Shown here piece after piece: positions 45,724 through 54,490 of a stretch of 64,000 nucleotides of DNA. The notes beneath the pieces were generated by a model that was not told where the DNA came from, ran no database searches, and saw only the letters and a list, made by a program, of their open reading frames with translations. The position numbers were made by a program, and so were the translations under genes. Numbering within the stretch: the first letter of the stretch is position 1; each line of letters begins with the position of its first letter. Source of the DNA: Collinsella sp. (GTDB lineage: Bacteria > Actinomycetota > Coriobacteriia > Coriobacteriales > Coriobacteriaceae); the NCBI GenBank assembly GCA_036550515.1, contig JAXKGF010000046.1, positions 19,462 to 83,461 on the forward strand, in the 5' to 3' direction.

Positions 45724-46575
45724 TTAGTCAATCAGATATTTCTCGAATGCGGCCATGTTCTTGGCATCTGCCGCCGCCGGATCATCGTAGTAACGACCGT
45801 CCGTGATTTCCTGGCCCAGCATGCCGTCGAAACCATGGGCGTTGAGTGTGGCGACGAAGGCGTCCATATCGTGCTTGCCATCGCCCCACACCAGATGGCC
45901 ATACGGGTCACCGTCGATAAAGTGCATCTCGTGAATTGCCCCATCACCAAAGGCGGCAAACCAGTCCTCGAGCGTCTCGCCTGCAACGCCCATCGCGGTT
46001 GTATCAACCATGGGCTGTAAGTACGGGCTCGCGACCTCGTCAATCATGCGCTTCGCATCGGAAACCGTCGTCACAAGGTTGCTCTCCTCGGGACGCAGGC
46101 TTTCCATCGTAAGCACCAGACCGTGCTCGCCGGCATACTCCGCCAGAATGGACAAGTGCTCGCGGCTGCGCTTCCAGGCTTCCTCGCGGTCCTCGTCCCA
46201 GTCGCCCCAGCCCGAGTTGACGGACATACGGTCGCACCCAAGTACCTCGGCAAGCTCAATGCCGTGCTTAAAGTACGCCAGGCTGCGCTGTTCATGCAGC
46301 GGCTTGCGTGCGCAGTACTGCCAAGGATAGACAACATTCTCGGGACACAGAGTACGATACCTAAGCCCACGGTCTGCAGCCTTTTTTGCCAGGACCTCAG
46401 CCTCAAAGTAGCCCGTGTGGTCGAGCGTCACATGCGGCTCCGCACACCACAGCTCAATGGACTCAAAGCCCAAGCGCTGCTGCACATCAAGGAAGTAATC
46501 GAGCGACCACATGATGTAGTGGATATTCATGCCCGCAATCTGCTCGCGGCGCAGCGTCGGTTTGGATTCAGGCAT
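45724..46575 (-). CDS. xylose-isomerase-like TIM-barrel sugar(-phosphate) isomerase/epimerase (FrlC-like)
   Basis: About 283 aa, AP-endonuclease-2/xylose-isomerase-like barrel (IELWC.., MESLRPEESN, and a conserved-looking His/Asp/Glu pattern). The operon context includes frlB/frlD homologs. Confidence 0.65.
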   Translation of the reverse strand: MPESKPTLRREQIAGMNIHYIMWSLDYFLDVQQRLGFESIELWCAEPHVTLDHTGYFEAEVLAKKAADRGLRYRTLCPENVVYPWQYCARKPLHEQRSLAYFKHGIELAEVLGCDRMSVNSGWGDWDEDREEAWKRSREHLSILAEYAGEHGLVLTMESLRPEESNLVTTVSDAKRMIDEVASPYLQPMVDTTAMGVAGETLEDWFAAFGDGAIHEMHFIDGDPYGHLVWGDGKHDMDAFVATLNAHGFDGMLGQEITDGRYYDDPAAADAKNMAAFEKYLID

Positions 46576-46576
46576 C

Positions 46577-48160
46577 TTATGCCTCCTTATTTCGATCGAA
46601 CACGATTCGTCCGTCCGACATCGTCATATCAACCGCAAGATCGCGTGCGTCGCGATAATCGAGGTCGAACACATCCCGATCGAGCACGCAGATATCGGCA
46701 AGCTTGCCGGCCTCGAGCGTACCCAGCTCGTCTTCGCGCATCAGGTCGTACGCGCCCCCGGCAGTCCAAGCGCGCAAGAGCTCGACAAGCGTCAGCGTGT
46801 TGACCTCATTCACGGGCAGTCCGTCGTCGAAGTATCCGCCGCACGCACTGTAGATTGACTCGCCCAAGCTCGGAATCAACAGTGGCAAATCCGTGCCACA
46901 GCACACTGTGCATCCGGAATCTTCCATGCCGCGGCGATTCCAGCTGTGCAAAAGTCGCGTCTCGCCAATTTGTCGACGCATCATCGACAGGCAATCCTCG
47001 CGCCGGTCCAGCGTCAGAATCTGCGGATAGACCTCGCAAATTCCACCTAACTTGCCAAACTCGACAAGATCGGTCGGGTCAGAGTTCTCGAGATCGGTAA
47101 TCGCATGGCGGCGAAGCATCCGTCCATGCTCGTCTCGAGGCAGCGAGGCATAGAGCGCCACGGTGCGACGAACGGCGCCATCGCCCTGGCAATGCAAGGA
47201 ATATCGGAAGCCGTCAGCATCAATTGCACGCAGCTCGCTCTCAATCAGATCCCACTCTGGCTCCTCGACGACCGTCTTGCCGGCAGCGCCCGCATCGGCC
47301 GTGTCCTCATAGGGGTCAATCATCTCGGCAAGCCCCGCCCATACGCCGCGATCGGTCATACGGTTGAAGCCAGAAAAACGAACGAACGGTCCCCGGAAGC
47401 GCTCTCGCGCCTCGCGGGCATATGCCAGATTTGCACCGGCGCCCACCGGCTGCGACATCATAGAGACGCGAACCGTCAGCTCACCAGATTCCTCACGGCG
47501 AGCCATTTCGTCGGCAAAGCCGTAGTAGTCATCAAACGCCATCTCCTTGATGGCGGTAACGCCGCGCTCGTTAAGCATGCTCATGTAGTCCGAATACCCG
47601 GCACGCACCTCGGGCAGCGCGAGGAAATCGCTCATCATGCGCCAGATCTTCTCGGCATAGCACGCCTGGGGTGTAAAGCCATATCGCGCACTGGCGGCAG
47701 CATTGAGAACGCAGGTCTCCGCGCCCGGCGTAAAGCAGACGACAGGGATATCGCCAAAACACTCGTCAAACACAGCTGCTGTATTTGCGTTCTCGGCATC
47801 CGATGCCAACGTTTCGGGTAGGTTGTGGCCAAAAGCCGCCGCGCAATCCGGACGATCTTCTTTCCATGCACGCAAGAGCGACACGGCCTCTTTGGCGTCA
47901 GCGATGCCGGACAGATCAGGCCCCAACGTCCGCAGCGCCCAACCCGTATAGAAGGTATGCACATCGATCAGGCCAGGCATGACGGTGCGGTCGCCCAGGT
48001 CAACTACCTCGTCCGCCTGGGTCAAATACGAAGCTAGCTCACACTTGGTGCCAACAGCCTCAATTCGATTGCCACGGACCGCTACGAAACCTTCAAACGG
48101 CAGGTCCCCCGTACCGGTAAAGACGCTCTTAGACGTCAGGACCGTCAAACGATCAGACAT
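46577..48160 (-). CDS. amidohydrolase-3-family metal-dependent hydrolase
   Basis: VMPGLIDVHTFY (HxH position reads H-T-F), YSLHCQGDGAV, CCGTDLP. AGGTGG RBS before ATG 48160. Confidence 0.7.
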   Translation of the reverse strand: MSDRLTVLTSKSVFTGTGDLPFEGFVAVRGNRIEAVGTKCELASYLTQADEVVDLGDRTVMPGLIDVHTFYTGWALRTLGPDLSGIADAKEAVSLLRAWKEDRPDCAAAFGHNLPETLASDAENANTAAVFDECFGDIPVVCFTPGAETCVLNAAASARYGFTPQACYAEKIWRMMSDFLALPEVRAGYSDYMSMLNERGVTAIKEMAFDDYYGFADEMARREESGELTVRVSMMSQPVGAGANLAYAREARERFRGPFVRFSGFNRMTDRGVWAGLAEMIDPYEDTADAGAAGKTVVEEPEWDLIESELRAIDADGFRYSLHCQGDGAVRRTVALYASLPRDEHGRMLRRHAITDLENSDPTDLVEFGKLGGICEVYPQILTLDRREDCLSMMRRQIGETRLLHSWNRRGMEDSGCTVCCGTDLPLLIPSLGESIYSACGGYFDDGLPVNEVNTLTLVELLRAWTAGGAYDLMREDELGTLEAGKLADICVLDRDVFDLDYRDARDLAVDMTMSDGRIVFDRNKEA

Positions 48161-48169
48161 CACAACCAC

Positions 48170-49633
48170 CTACGCCGGAAGCATGCCGGAAATGGCAGTA
48201 ATGACCAAGCCAAACACGACCATGAAGATGAAGAACTTCCAAATGGTCTTCCACCATTGGCCAAACGAAATCTTAGCCACGGCAAGGCCGGCGACCGTCA
48301 TACCCGCCACGGGGCTGATGGTGTTGATGGTCTGGTTGGCAAACTGGAGCGCGGTGACGGCCGCCTCGGGATTGAGGCCCATGAGCTCGGTCAGGGGGCC
48401 CATAACGGGCATGGTGAGCGCCGCCAGGCCAGAACTCGAGGGAACCAGCAAAGAGAGCAGGCCAAGGACGACATACATAAACGTGGTGTAGACGGCGGCG
48501 GGTGCACCGGCGAGCGCGGTAGCGAGCGCCTGGAGGATGGTGTCGATGATCATGCCGCCCTCGGCGATGACCAGAATACCGCGAGCGATACCGATAACGA
48601 CGGCAGCGTACGCAAAGTCGGCGAGACCCTTAACGAACTCCTCTGCGATCGTCTGCTGGTCAAGGCCGCCCAGGATACCGGCAAGCAAGCCCATGCCAAG
48701 GAACACGGCGGAAATCTGATTCATGTACCAGCCCTGGGTAACAAGACCCCAGACGATAATGCCCATACCGCAAGCAAAATCGATAAGCACGAGCTTCTGA
48801 CGGATAGTGAACTCTTCCTCGATGGAGGCATCGGTCACGGAAAACTCAACACGCTTGAGCTTATCGTCCTCGTACACAATGGACGACTCGGGGTTTTTCT
48901 TGACGCGCATGGCGTAGCGCATGGCCCATGCGATACCGACGGCAGTGAAGATGACCCAAGAAACGGCGCGCAGCCACAGTTGCGGATTGCCCTCGATGCC
49001 AATGATGCCCTGGGCGATCAAAACATTAAACGGGTCGATGGTCGAAGCACAATATCCCAGGTTAGGACCAAGGAAGCAGATGATGAATGCCGTCATCGAG
49101 TCATAACCGATACCCATCATGATGGGAATGAAGATGGCATAGAACGGCAGGGCTTCCTCAGACATACCAAACGTAGTGCCGCAAATGGACAGCAATGTCA
49201 TCGTGATGGGAATGATGAGGATGTCCTTGTTCTTGAGCTTTTTAATCACACGGCTCATGCCGGCATTCAAAGCGTTGGTCTTGGTGATGATCGCGAACGA
49301 TCCGCCAATCAATAAGACGAACGCAACGACGTCGGCAGCCTCTTGGATACCCTTGGTGGGCGCTTGCAGAACCGCGAAGATATCCTGACCCAGATTGATG
49401 GTCTCGCCGGTCTCGGAATCGGTGTAGTTCTTATCGACCTGTTCATAGGTTCCAGCAACGGCGACTTCACGCTCGCCCGCCGCTGTCGAAATCGTCTTGC
49501 GCTGATACTGACCAGAGGGAACGATCCAAGTCAGGACCGCAAAGACAACGATCAGCAAGAACATGATCGTATAGACATGCGGTAATTTGAACTTAAAACG
49601 TCTGTTTGTCTTCTTCGCCTTCGTATCTGACAT
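48170..49633 (-). CDS. YfcC/DcuC-type anaerobic carrier-family transporter
   Basis: About 487 aa, polytopic, with an N-terminus ..FKLPHVYTIMFLLIVVFAVLTWIVPSGQYQR typical of the YfcC family. GGAGG RBS before ATG 49633; the track extends to 49828. Confidence 0.7.
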   Translation of the reverse strand: MSDTKAKKTNRRFKFKLPHVYTIMFLLIVVFAVLTWIVPSGQYQRKTISTAAGEREVAVAGTYEQVDKNYTDSETGETINLGQDIFAVLQAPTKGIQEAADVVAFVLLIGGSFAIITKTNALNAGMSRVIKKLKNKDILIIPITMTLLSICGTTFGMSEEALPFYAIFIPIMMGIGYDSMTAFIICFLGPNLGYCASTIDPFNVLIAQGIIGIEGNPQLWLRAVSWVIFTAVGIAWAMRYAMRVKKNPESSIVYEDDKLKRVEFSVTDASIEEEFTIRQKLVLIDFACGMGIIVWGLVTQGWYMNQISAVFLGMGLLAGILGGLDQQTIAEEFVKGLADFAYAAVVIGIARGILVIAEGGMIIDTILQALATALAGAPAAVYTTFMYVVLGLLSLLVPSSSGLAALTMPVMGPLTELMGLNPEAAVTALQFANQTINTISPVAGMTVAGLAVAKISFGQWWKTIWKFFIFMVVFGLVITAISGMLPA

Positions 49634-49851
49634 AGATACCTCCAAAGAACTCGAGACTGCATCGCATCTCGCTTCGACGTTTGCACAATGCATACGTTCT
49701 ATGACGTCCCATAGATTACCAGCAGCTTTTTCCTTCATCAAGATAATTTCAAACTGATTGCCGCAACGCGGTTGAACGGTCGCGTTTGCGCCGTGAACGG
49801 TATGGAAACGCCCGGTGAGATGATCCACCGGGCGCTTCCATTCGCAATGTC

Positions 49852-50595
49852 CTAGATGTCAAAAACGTAGCGAGACCCAACGATTCGCTGACGACCGATA
49901 ATAAACGGCCGCCGCTGCTCATCAAAAAAGAAGGCTTCCATATAAAACAAGGGTTCGCCAACGGGAACTGCCAACAGCCGAGCGACCTCGGGCGACGCAC
50001 ACGCGATCTCGAGCGTGCACGGGTCGGTAAACGCGGGCGTGCGGCCCGTCCGGTTGCGCACGAACTCAAAAATGGATTGGTTAGATAGAGGTGCCGTTGA
50101 TAGATAGGCGTTGTCCTCGTAAACGTATATGTTGTTCTCGAGCATGACGGGGACGCCATCGGCAGTACGCACGCGCTCAACGCAAATCAAGTCAGTTCCA
50201 ACGGGAACACCAAAGAACTGCGCTTCGGTGGAATCCGCCGGCAGTATCTTTCTCGAAATGACACACGCCCCCGGTTCCATTCCGTTAACGCGGCATGCGT
50301 CCGAAAAACTCTGAACGTCATCCTTCTGGCGAATCTTGCGCTTGAGCTTGGGGGCATTGACAAACGTGCCTTTCCCCTGTCGCTTCGTTAGATAGCCCTG
50401 CTGGACGAGCTCCTCAATAGCGCGTCGCACGGTAACGCGGCCAACTTTATAGCTCTCAGCCAATTCGAATTCGTTGGGTATCCGCGCGCCTGCCTTGTAG
50501 GCGCCGGAGTTGATTTCGTTTTTAATGATATCAATGACCTGTTGGTACAGCGGTATCGCTGCTTTACCGTCAGTTGGCCCTTCAGTCGGTGGCAT
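49852..50595 (-). CDS. GntR/HutC-family regulator with UTRA domain (FrlR-like)
   Basis: IPNEFELAESYKVGRVTVRRAIEELVQQGYL winged helix plus a C-terminal UTRA-like effector domain. Confidence 0.85.
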   Translation of the reverse strand: MPPTEGPTDGKAAIPLYQQVIDIIKNEINSGAYKAGARIPNEFELAESYKVGRVTVRRAIEELVQQGYLTKRQGKGTFVNAPKLKRKIRQKDDVQSFSDACRVNGMEPGACVISRKILPADSTEAQFFGVPVGTDLICVERVRTADGVPVMLENNIYVYEDNAYLSTAPLSNQSIFEFVRNRTGRTPAFTDPCTLEIACASPEVARLLAVPVGEPLFYMEAFFFDEQRRPFIIGRQRIVGSRYVFDI

Positions 50596-50745
50596 ATACC
50601 CTCTCCCAGCACAATTAATTCTAAAACGGGCTTAAGGGCATTCAACAAGCCCTTAAGCCCGCATTAGCTTAAAGTATGCTAGGTGTCGCACCAAAATGTT
50701 GGCTATTTACTCATCAGACCCGAAAAACGCGCAACTACCGCGCTC

Positions 50746-51405
50746 CTAAGAAAGCGTGAGCAGTTCCGGCAGCTGGTCGATAATCTTGTCCGCGGCATCC
50801 TGGCTAAAGCCAAAGCGTTCCTCGCGCTTGGCAATGACTGTCAGGCCGGCTCGCTTGCCAGCGGTGATGCCAGGCACCGAATCCTCAACGCAGCAGCAGC
50901 GATTCGCGGGCAGTCCCAGCAGGTCCAGCGCATGCAGGTAGATGTCGGGCTCGGGCTTGCTCTCCTTAAACTGCTCGCCGCTCACCACATACTCAAAGGC
51001 ATCCGACAGCCCGCACGCATTGAGCACTTCCTCGATGCTAACCATGGGAGACGAGCTGGCGAGCGCCACGCGAACGCCGCGGCGCGGCAGCTCTCGAATC
51101 GTATCCACGGCGCCTGGGTTAATCAAAGCCTGATAGTCGCGCGGACGCTTATGAGCCCATTCGTCCCAACGGGCCAACGCTTCCTCGCCAGTGAAATGCC
51201 CCTTACCGGCACGCTCAAACCAATCGACCAGCATATGCAGGAAGAACTGATGCGAGGTACCGACCTGCCCATTCAACTCCTCTTGAGTCAGATTAAGCCC
51301 AAGCTCCTTGGCAAACGCGGCAGTCTCGCCCAGGTAGTAATACTCGGTATCGACAATGACGCCGTCCATGTCAAAGATAACGGCATCGAACGGAAATGCG
51401 GACAC
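50746..51405 (-). CDS. HAD-IA hydrolase (beta-phosphoglucomutase-like)
   Basis: VIFDMDGVIVDTE, ..SSS.., VEDSVPGITAGKRAG. GTG 51405 lies behind AGGGAGG; the track has ATG 51453. Confidence 0.8.
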   Translation of the reverse strand: MSAFPFDAVIFDMDGVIVDTEYYYLGETAAFAKELGLNLTQEELNGQVGTSHQFFLHMLVDWFERAGKGHFTGEEALARWDEWAHKRPRDYQALINPGAVDTIRELPRRGVRVALASSSPMVSIEEVLNACGLSDAFEYVVSGEQFKESKPEPDIYLHALDLLGLPANRCCCVEDSVPGITAGKRAGLTVIAKREERFGFSQDAADKIIDQLPELLTLS

Positions 51406-51469
51406 GGCACCCTCCCTAACAAAAGGACGCCCGCGAGCAGGCGCCCGAACCATGCATTAATCGGCGATT

Positions 51470-52312
51470 CTAACCCAGCAGCTTATCCAGCGCTACCGCA
51501 ATACCATCTTCGTTGTTATTGGCGGTCACCATCTGGGCCACAGCCTTAACCTCATCGACGGCGTTGCCCATGGCAACACCGGTGCCGGCCCACTCAATCA
51601 TGGACTTGTCATTCTGGCCGTCGCCAAACGATACGACCTCGCTGGCATCGATGCCAAGCTTGGGCAGGGCACCCTCGAGCGCGCGGGCCTTGTCGATACC
51701 GGGCGCCGTGTACTCAAAGTACCAGTCGGCCGTAAACATGCCCGAAAGCGTCTGCTTAAAGGGCGCATACATCTCCTCGTAATGCGCCTGCAGGTAGGCC
51801 GGATCGCCCGCCGTCAGCAGCTTGTCCACGGGATAAGCATCAGCGACCTCATGCAGGCTCTCCACCTCGCGGATCTTAAGATCGCACGCATCGCGCTCAT
51901 ACTTGACGATATTCTTCTGCGAGCCGTCAGGCAGCGTGATCATGCAATGGTACGAGTCCTCGACATGCAAATCACGACCGAGTGAAATCATAGGAATCAC
52001 GTCAAAATTACGCAGGTGATCAATCAGGCGATGCAATTCGTCGGCAGGCATAGCCTGATCGAACAGCACTTCGTCGGTCTGGGCATCGACGACGTGAGCG
52101 CCGTTAAAGGCCACCAGCAGACCGTCATGGTTTTGAAGGTCGAGCTCCTGTGCCAAGGCGTGCAGCCCCCATGCGGGACGGCCCGAAGCCAAAATGAGCT
52201 TAATGCCCGACTCCTGCGCCGCGAGCAGCTTCTCGCGCGTACGCGGGCTAATCACTTTCTGATCGTTGGTGAGCGTACCGTCGATATCCATTGCGATGGC
52301 TTTGATTGCCAT
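51470..52312 (-). CDS. Cof-type HAD-IIB sugar phosphatase
   Basis: IAMDIDGTLTN, LILASGRP, SFGDGQNDKSM. GGGAGG RBS before ATG 52312. Confidence 0.85.
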   Translation of the reverse strand: MAIKAIAMDIDGTLTNDQKVISPRTREKLLAAQESGIKLILASGRPAWGLHALAQELDLQNHDGLLVAFNGAHVVDAQTDEVLFDQAMPADELHRLIDHLRNFDVIPMISLGRDLHVEDSYHCMITLPDGSQKNIVKYERDACDLKIREVESLHEVADAYPVDKLLTAGDPAYLQAHYEEMYAPFKQTLSGMFTADWYFEYTAPGIDKARALEGALPKLGIDASEVVSFGDGQNDKSMIEWAGTGVAMGNAVDEVKAVAQMVTANNNEDGIAVALDKLLG

Positions 52313-52918
52313 ATATGCCTCCCTGTCATTGAACAACCTTGTCTGAGCCATCATACAGAACACCCACCGCGACTCTGTTTGCAACGGGCAAAAAGTCATA
52401 TATTGTCTCAAACATGAACGGGACGCCATCTCGGGGCTCAGTCGTTCCAGCCCAAACGCCGAGCCACCACATGCAAAGCTGGCGACACCAATCGCGACCG
52501 TTCCACAAATCTCATTTCATCCCGTAGAAAAAATTCAAAATTAGTTCTTGTCAAATCAGCAAAACGAACGTACTTTAAAGATGACCGCTCCTGTGGTCAT
52601 CGTTTGATCGAGCATATTCAGTTTCAGTTTTCAGCGTGTAAGAGAAAGAAGATCGGCAAAGTACAGCCCCAAACGCAATGACAACTTAATGAGGTAACTG
52701 CCACATGTGAGGCACCCGGGGCATTGCTGTCTCGATTTTGAGCACGATGCCTTCCGCCTTGCATGGGCCGTTCCATCCCGCCCCTGCAGCAACTGCCTCA
52801 CGGGCTCATTGAAAACCGCATAGCACCCCAACGTCAGCACATCACCCACGGCAAGCACATCACTCACGACAACCAACACATCAACAAACAGCACGAACAT
52901 CAACCGATTGGAGAAGCT

Positions 52919-53809
52919 ATGACAAACCACCACGCTGAAGACGGCGATAAGAAAAGCATTCTGGATGCCCGCATTGAGCGAGCATATGCAAACGAATATG
53001 ACGCCGCCTTTGCCGCCGCGACCATCAAGAACTACGCGTCGCTACCGCTCGCGACGATCTTGGCCGACCACCCTCAACTGCTGAAGCGCTGCACAAAGAT
53101 CATGGGCGACCCCGACATTCGCAAGCTGACAGACCCCTATGCCCCAAAACGCGACAACGATTCGTACGTTCTTACCGTAGGCTGCCTAGCCCATATGCTT
53201 ACGGCGCTCGACACGAAACTCAAGCTCGAATGGGAACCCGACGAGCGTCATGAACTCGAAAGCAAGCGGAACACCCTGCGCACCGCACTGTTCCTTCCGT
53301 TGGACGGCCTCAAGCGCTGCAACGTCGAGCTCAATACACAGGCGCGGCAAAAGCCCGGGACCACGGGGCAGAAAACTCCAAGACCCCATGCGGCCATCGT
53401 CGACCGCAACCGATATAACCGCATGACCGCGCACTTTTCCGCCGAGGGAGCAGCCATAAGGACGCTGATCGACCTGCTGTGCCTCCTGAGCATCAACGAG
53501 CTATTTGAGGGCTATCTCACCCTTGTTCCCGCGACGGCACCCAAGTCGGTAGCAAAGATCATCGAGACCTGCAGACGCCAGTTTGAGCGCCATCGCAATG
53601 GCAGCGAGATGAACGCCAGCATCGCGCAGTACTACGCGGCTCATTACAAAAATGACGGGTGTGCCCCTGTCGAGCATCAGCTGCGGCTCGCCTACACCAC
53701 GCCCGCCGCAACGCTCCATCGCTTTGGAGCCCTTGGCGCTTGCGAGCCTCACGAACAGGCAGCCTGCCCCACAACCGAGCTCGATCTCAGGCTCGGACGA
53801 ACCCTGTAG
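52919..53809 (+). CDS. hypothetical protein (296 aa, predicted mostly helical), first gene of three-gene cassette
   Basis: GGAGAAG RBS 3 nt before ATG 52919; an in-frame ATG at 52763 lacks an RBS. No motif that I recognise. Confidence 0.6.
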   Translation: MTNHHAEDGDKKSILDARIERAYANEYDAAFAAATIKNYASLPLATILADHPQLLKRCTKIMGDPDIRKLTDPYAPKRDNDSYVLTVGCLAHMLTALDTKLKLEWEPDERHELESKRNTLRTALFLPLDGLKRCNVELNTQARQKPGTTGQKTPRPHAAIVDRNRYNRMTAHFSAEGAAIRTLIDLLCLLSINELFEGYLTLVPATAPKSVAKIIETCRRQFERHRNGSEMNASIAQYYAAHYKNDGCAPVEHQLRLAYTTPAATLHRFGALGACEPHEQAACPTTELDLRLGRTL

Positions 53810-53872
53810 CCCGCCAGCCCCTCCGCGGGCAACAATCCTATTCCACAACACAACCAACAGAAAGGAGTCCTC

Positions 53873-54490
53873 ATGGACACCAATCATTCCCCCATCATCA
53901 GCCCCCTCACCATGCGTGAATCCGCCCGAGGTATCACGCTCACCAGCATTTACGATGAGATGCTCGCCCGTCGCGAGCTCTCCGTCATGGGAAACATCGA
54001 AACCCCGATGGCCCACGACCTATGCCAGCAGATCCGCCTGCTCGATGCCACCGACCCCAGCCGCCCCATCACCATATTTGTCGCCAGCGCCGGCGGAAGC
54101 GTGCGATCGGGTCTTGCGATCTATGACGCCATGCGCCTCGCATCGTGCCCCATCCGCACCGTCTGCCTGGAATTCGCCGCGTCCATGGGCGCCGTGATCT
54201 TTATGGGCGGCGACGATCGCCGTATGGCGCCCCATGCAGAGCTCATGATTCACGACCCGCTGATCCCCCAGGGGGCAGGCGGCTCGGCACTTGCGCTGCA
54301 GGAAACCAGCCGGCGTCTCATGCAGACCCGCAAGACCCTCACGCAAATCCTCTCGGACCGCAGCGGCCTCACGCCCAAGCGCATCCAGTCCCTCACTGCA
54401 AAAGACACCTACCTTTCGGCCGAGCGCGTCGTCGAGCTCGGCTTTGCCCACGAAATCCTCTCGACCACCAAGGAGGTCGCCCATGTCTAA
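53873..54490 (+). CDS. ClpP-family serine peptidase-like protein
   Basis: The triad context is conserved: FAASMGAVIF (Ser), LMIHDPL (His), AKDTYLSAERVVELGFAHEIL (Asp). AAAGGAG RBS. Confidence 0.8.
   Translation: MDTNHSPIISPLTMRESARGITLTSIYDEMLARRELSVMGNIETPMAHDLCQQIRLLDATDPSRPITIFVASAGGSVRSGLAIYDAMRLASCPIRTVCLEFAASMGAVIFMGGDDRRMAPHAELMIHDPLIPQGAGGSALALQETSRRLMQTRKTLTQILSDRSGLTPKRIQSLTAKDTYLSAERVVELGFAHEILSTTKEVAHV

Noticed and set aside
52763-52918. Upstream in-frame ATG extending cassette ORF1 by 52 codons
   Set aside because: There is no RBS. The extension is the His/Gln/Asn-rich translation of the C/A tract. ATG 52919 has a well-spaced GGAGAAG. This is kept only as an alternative.
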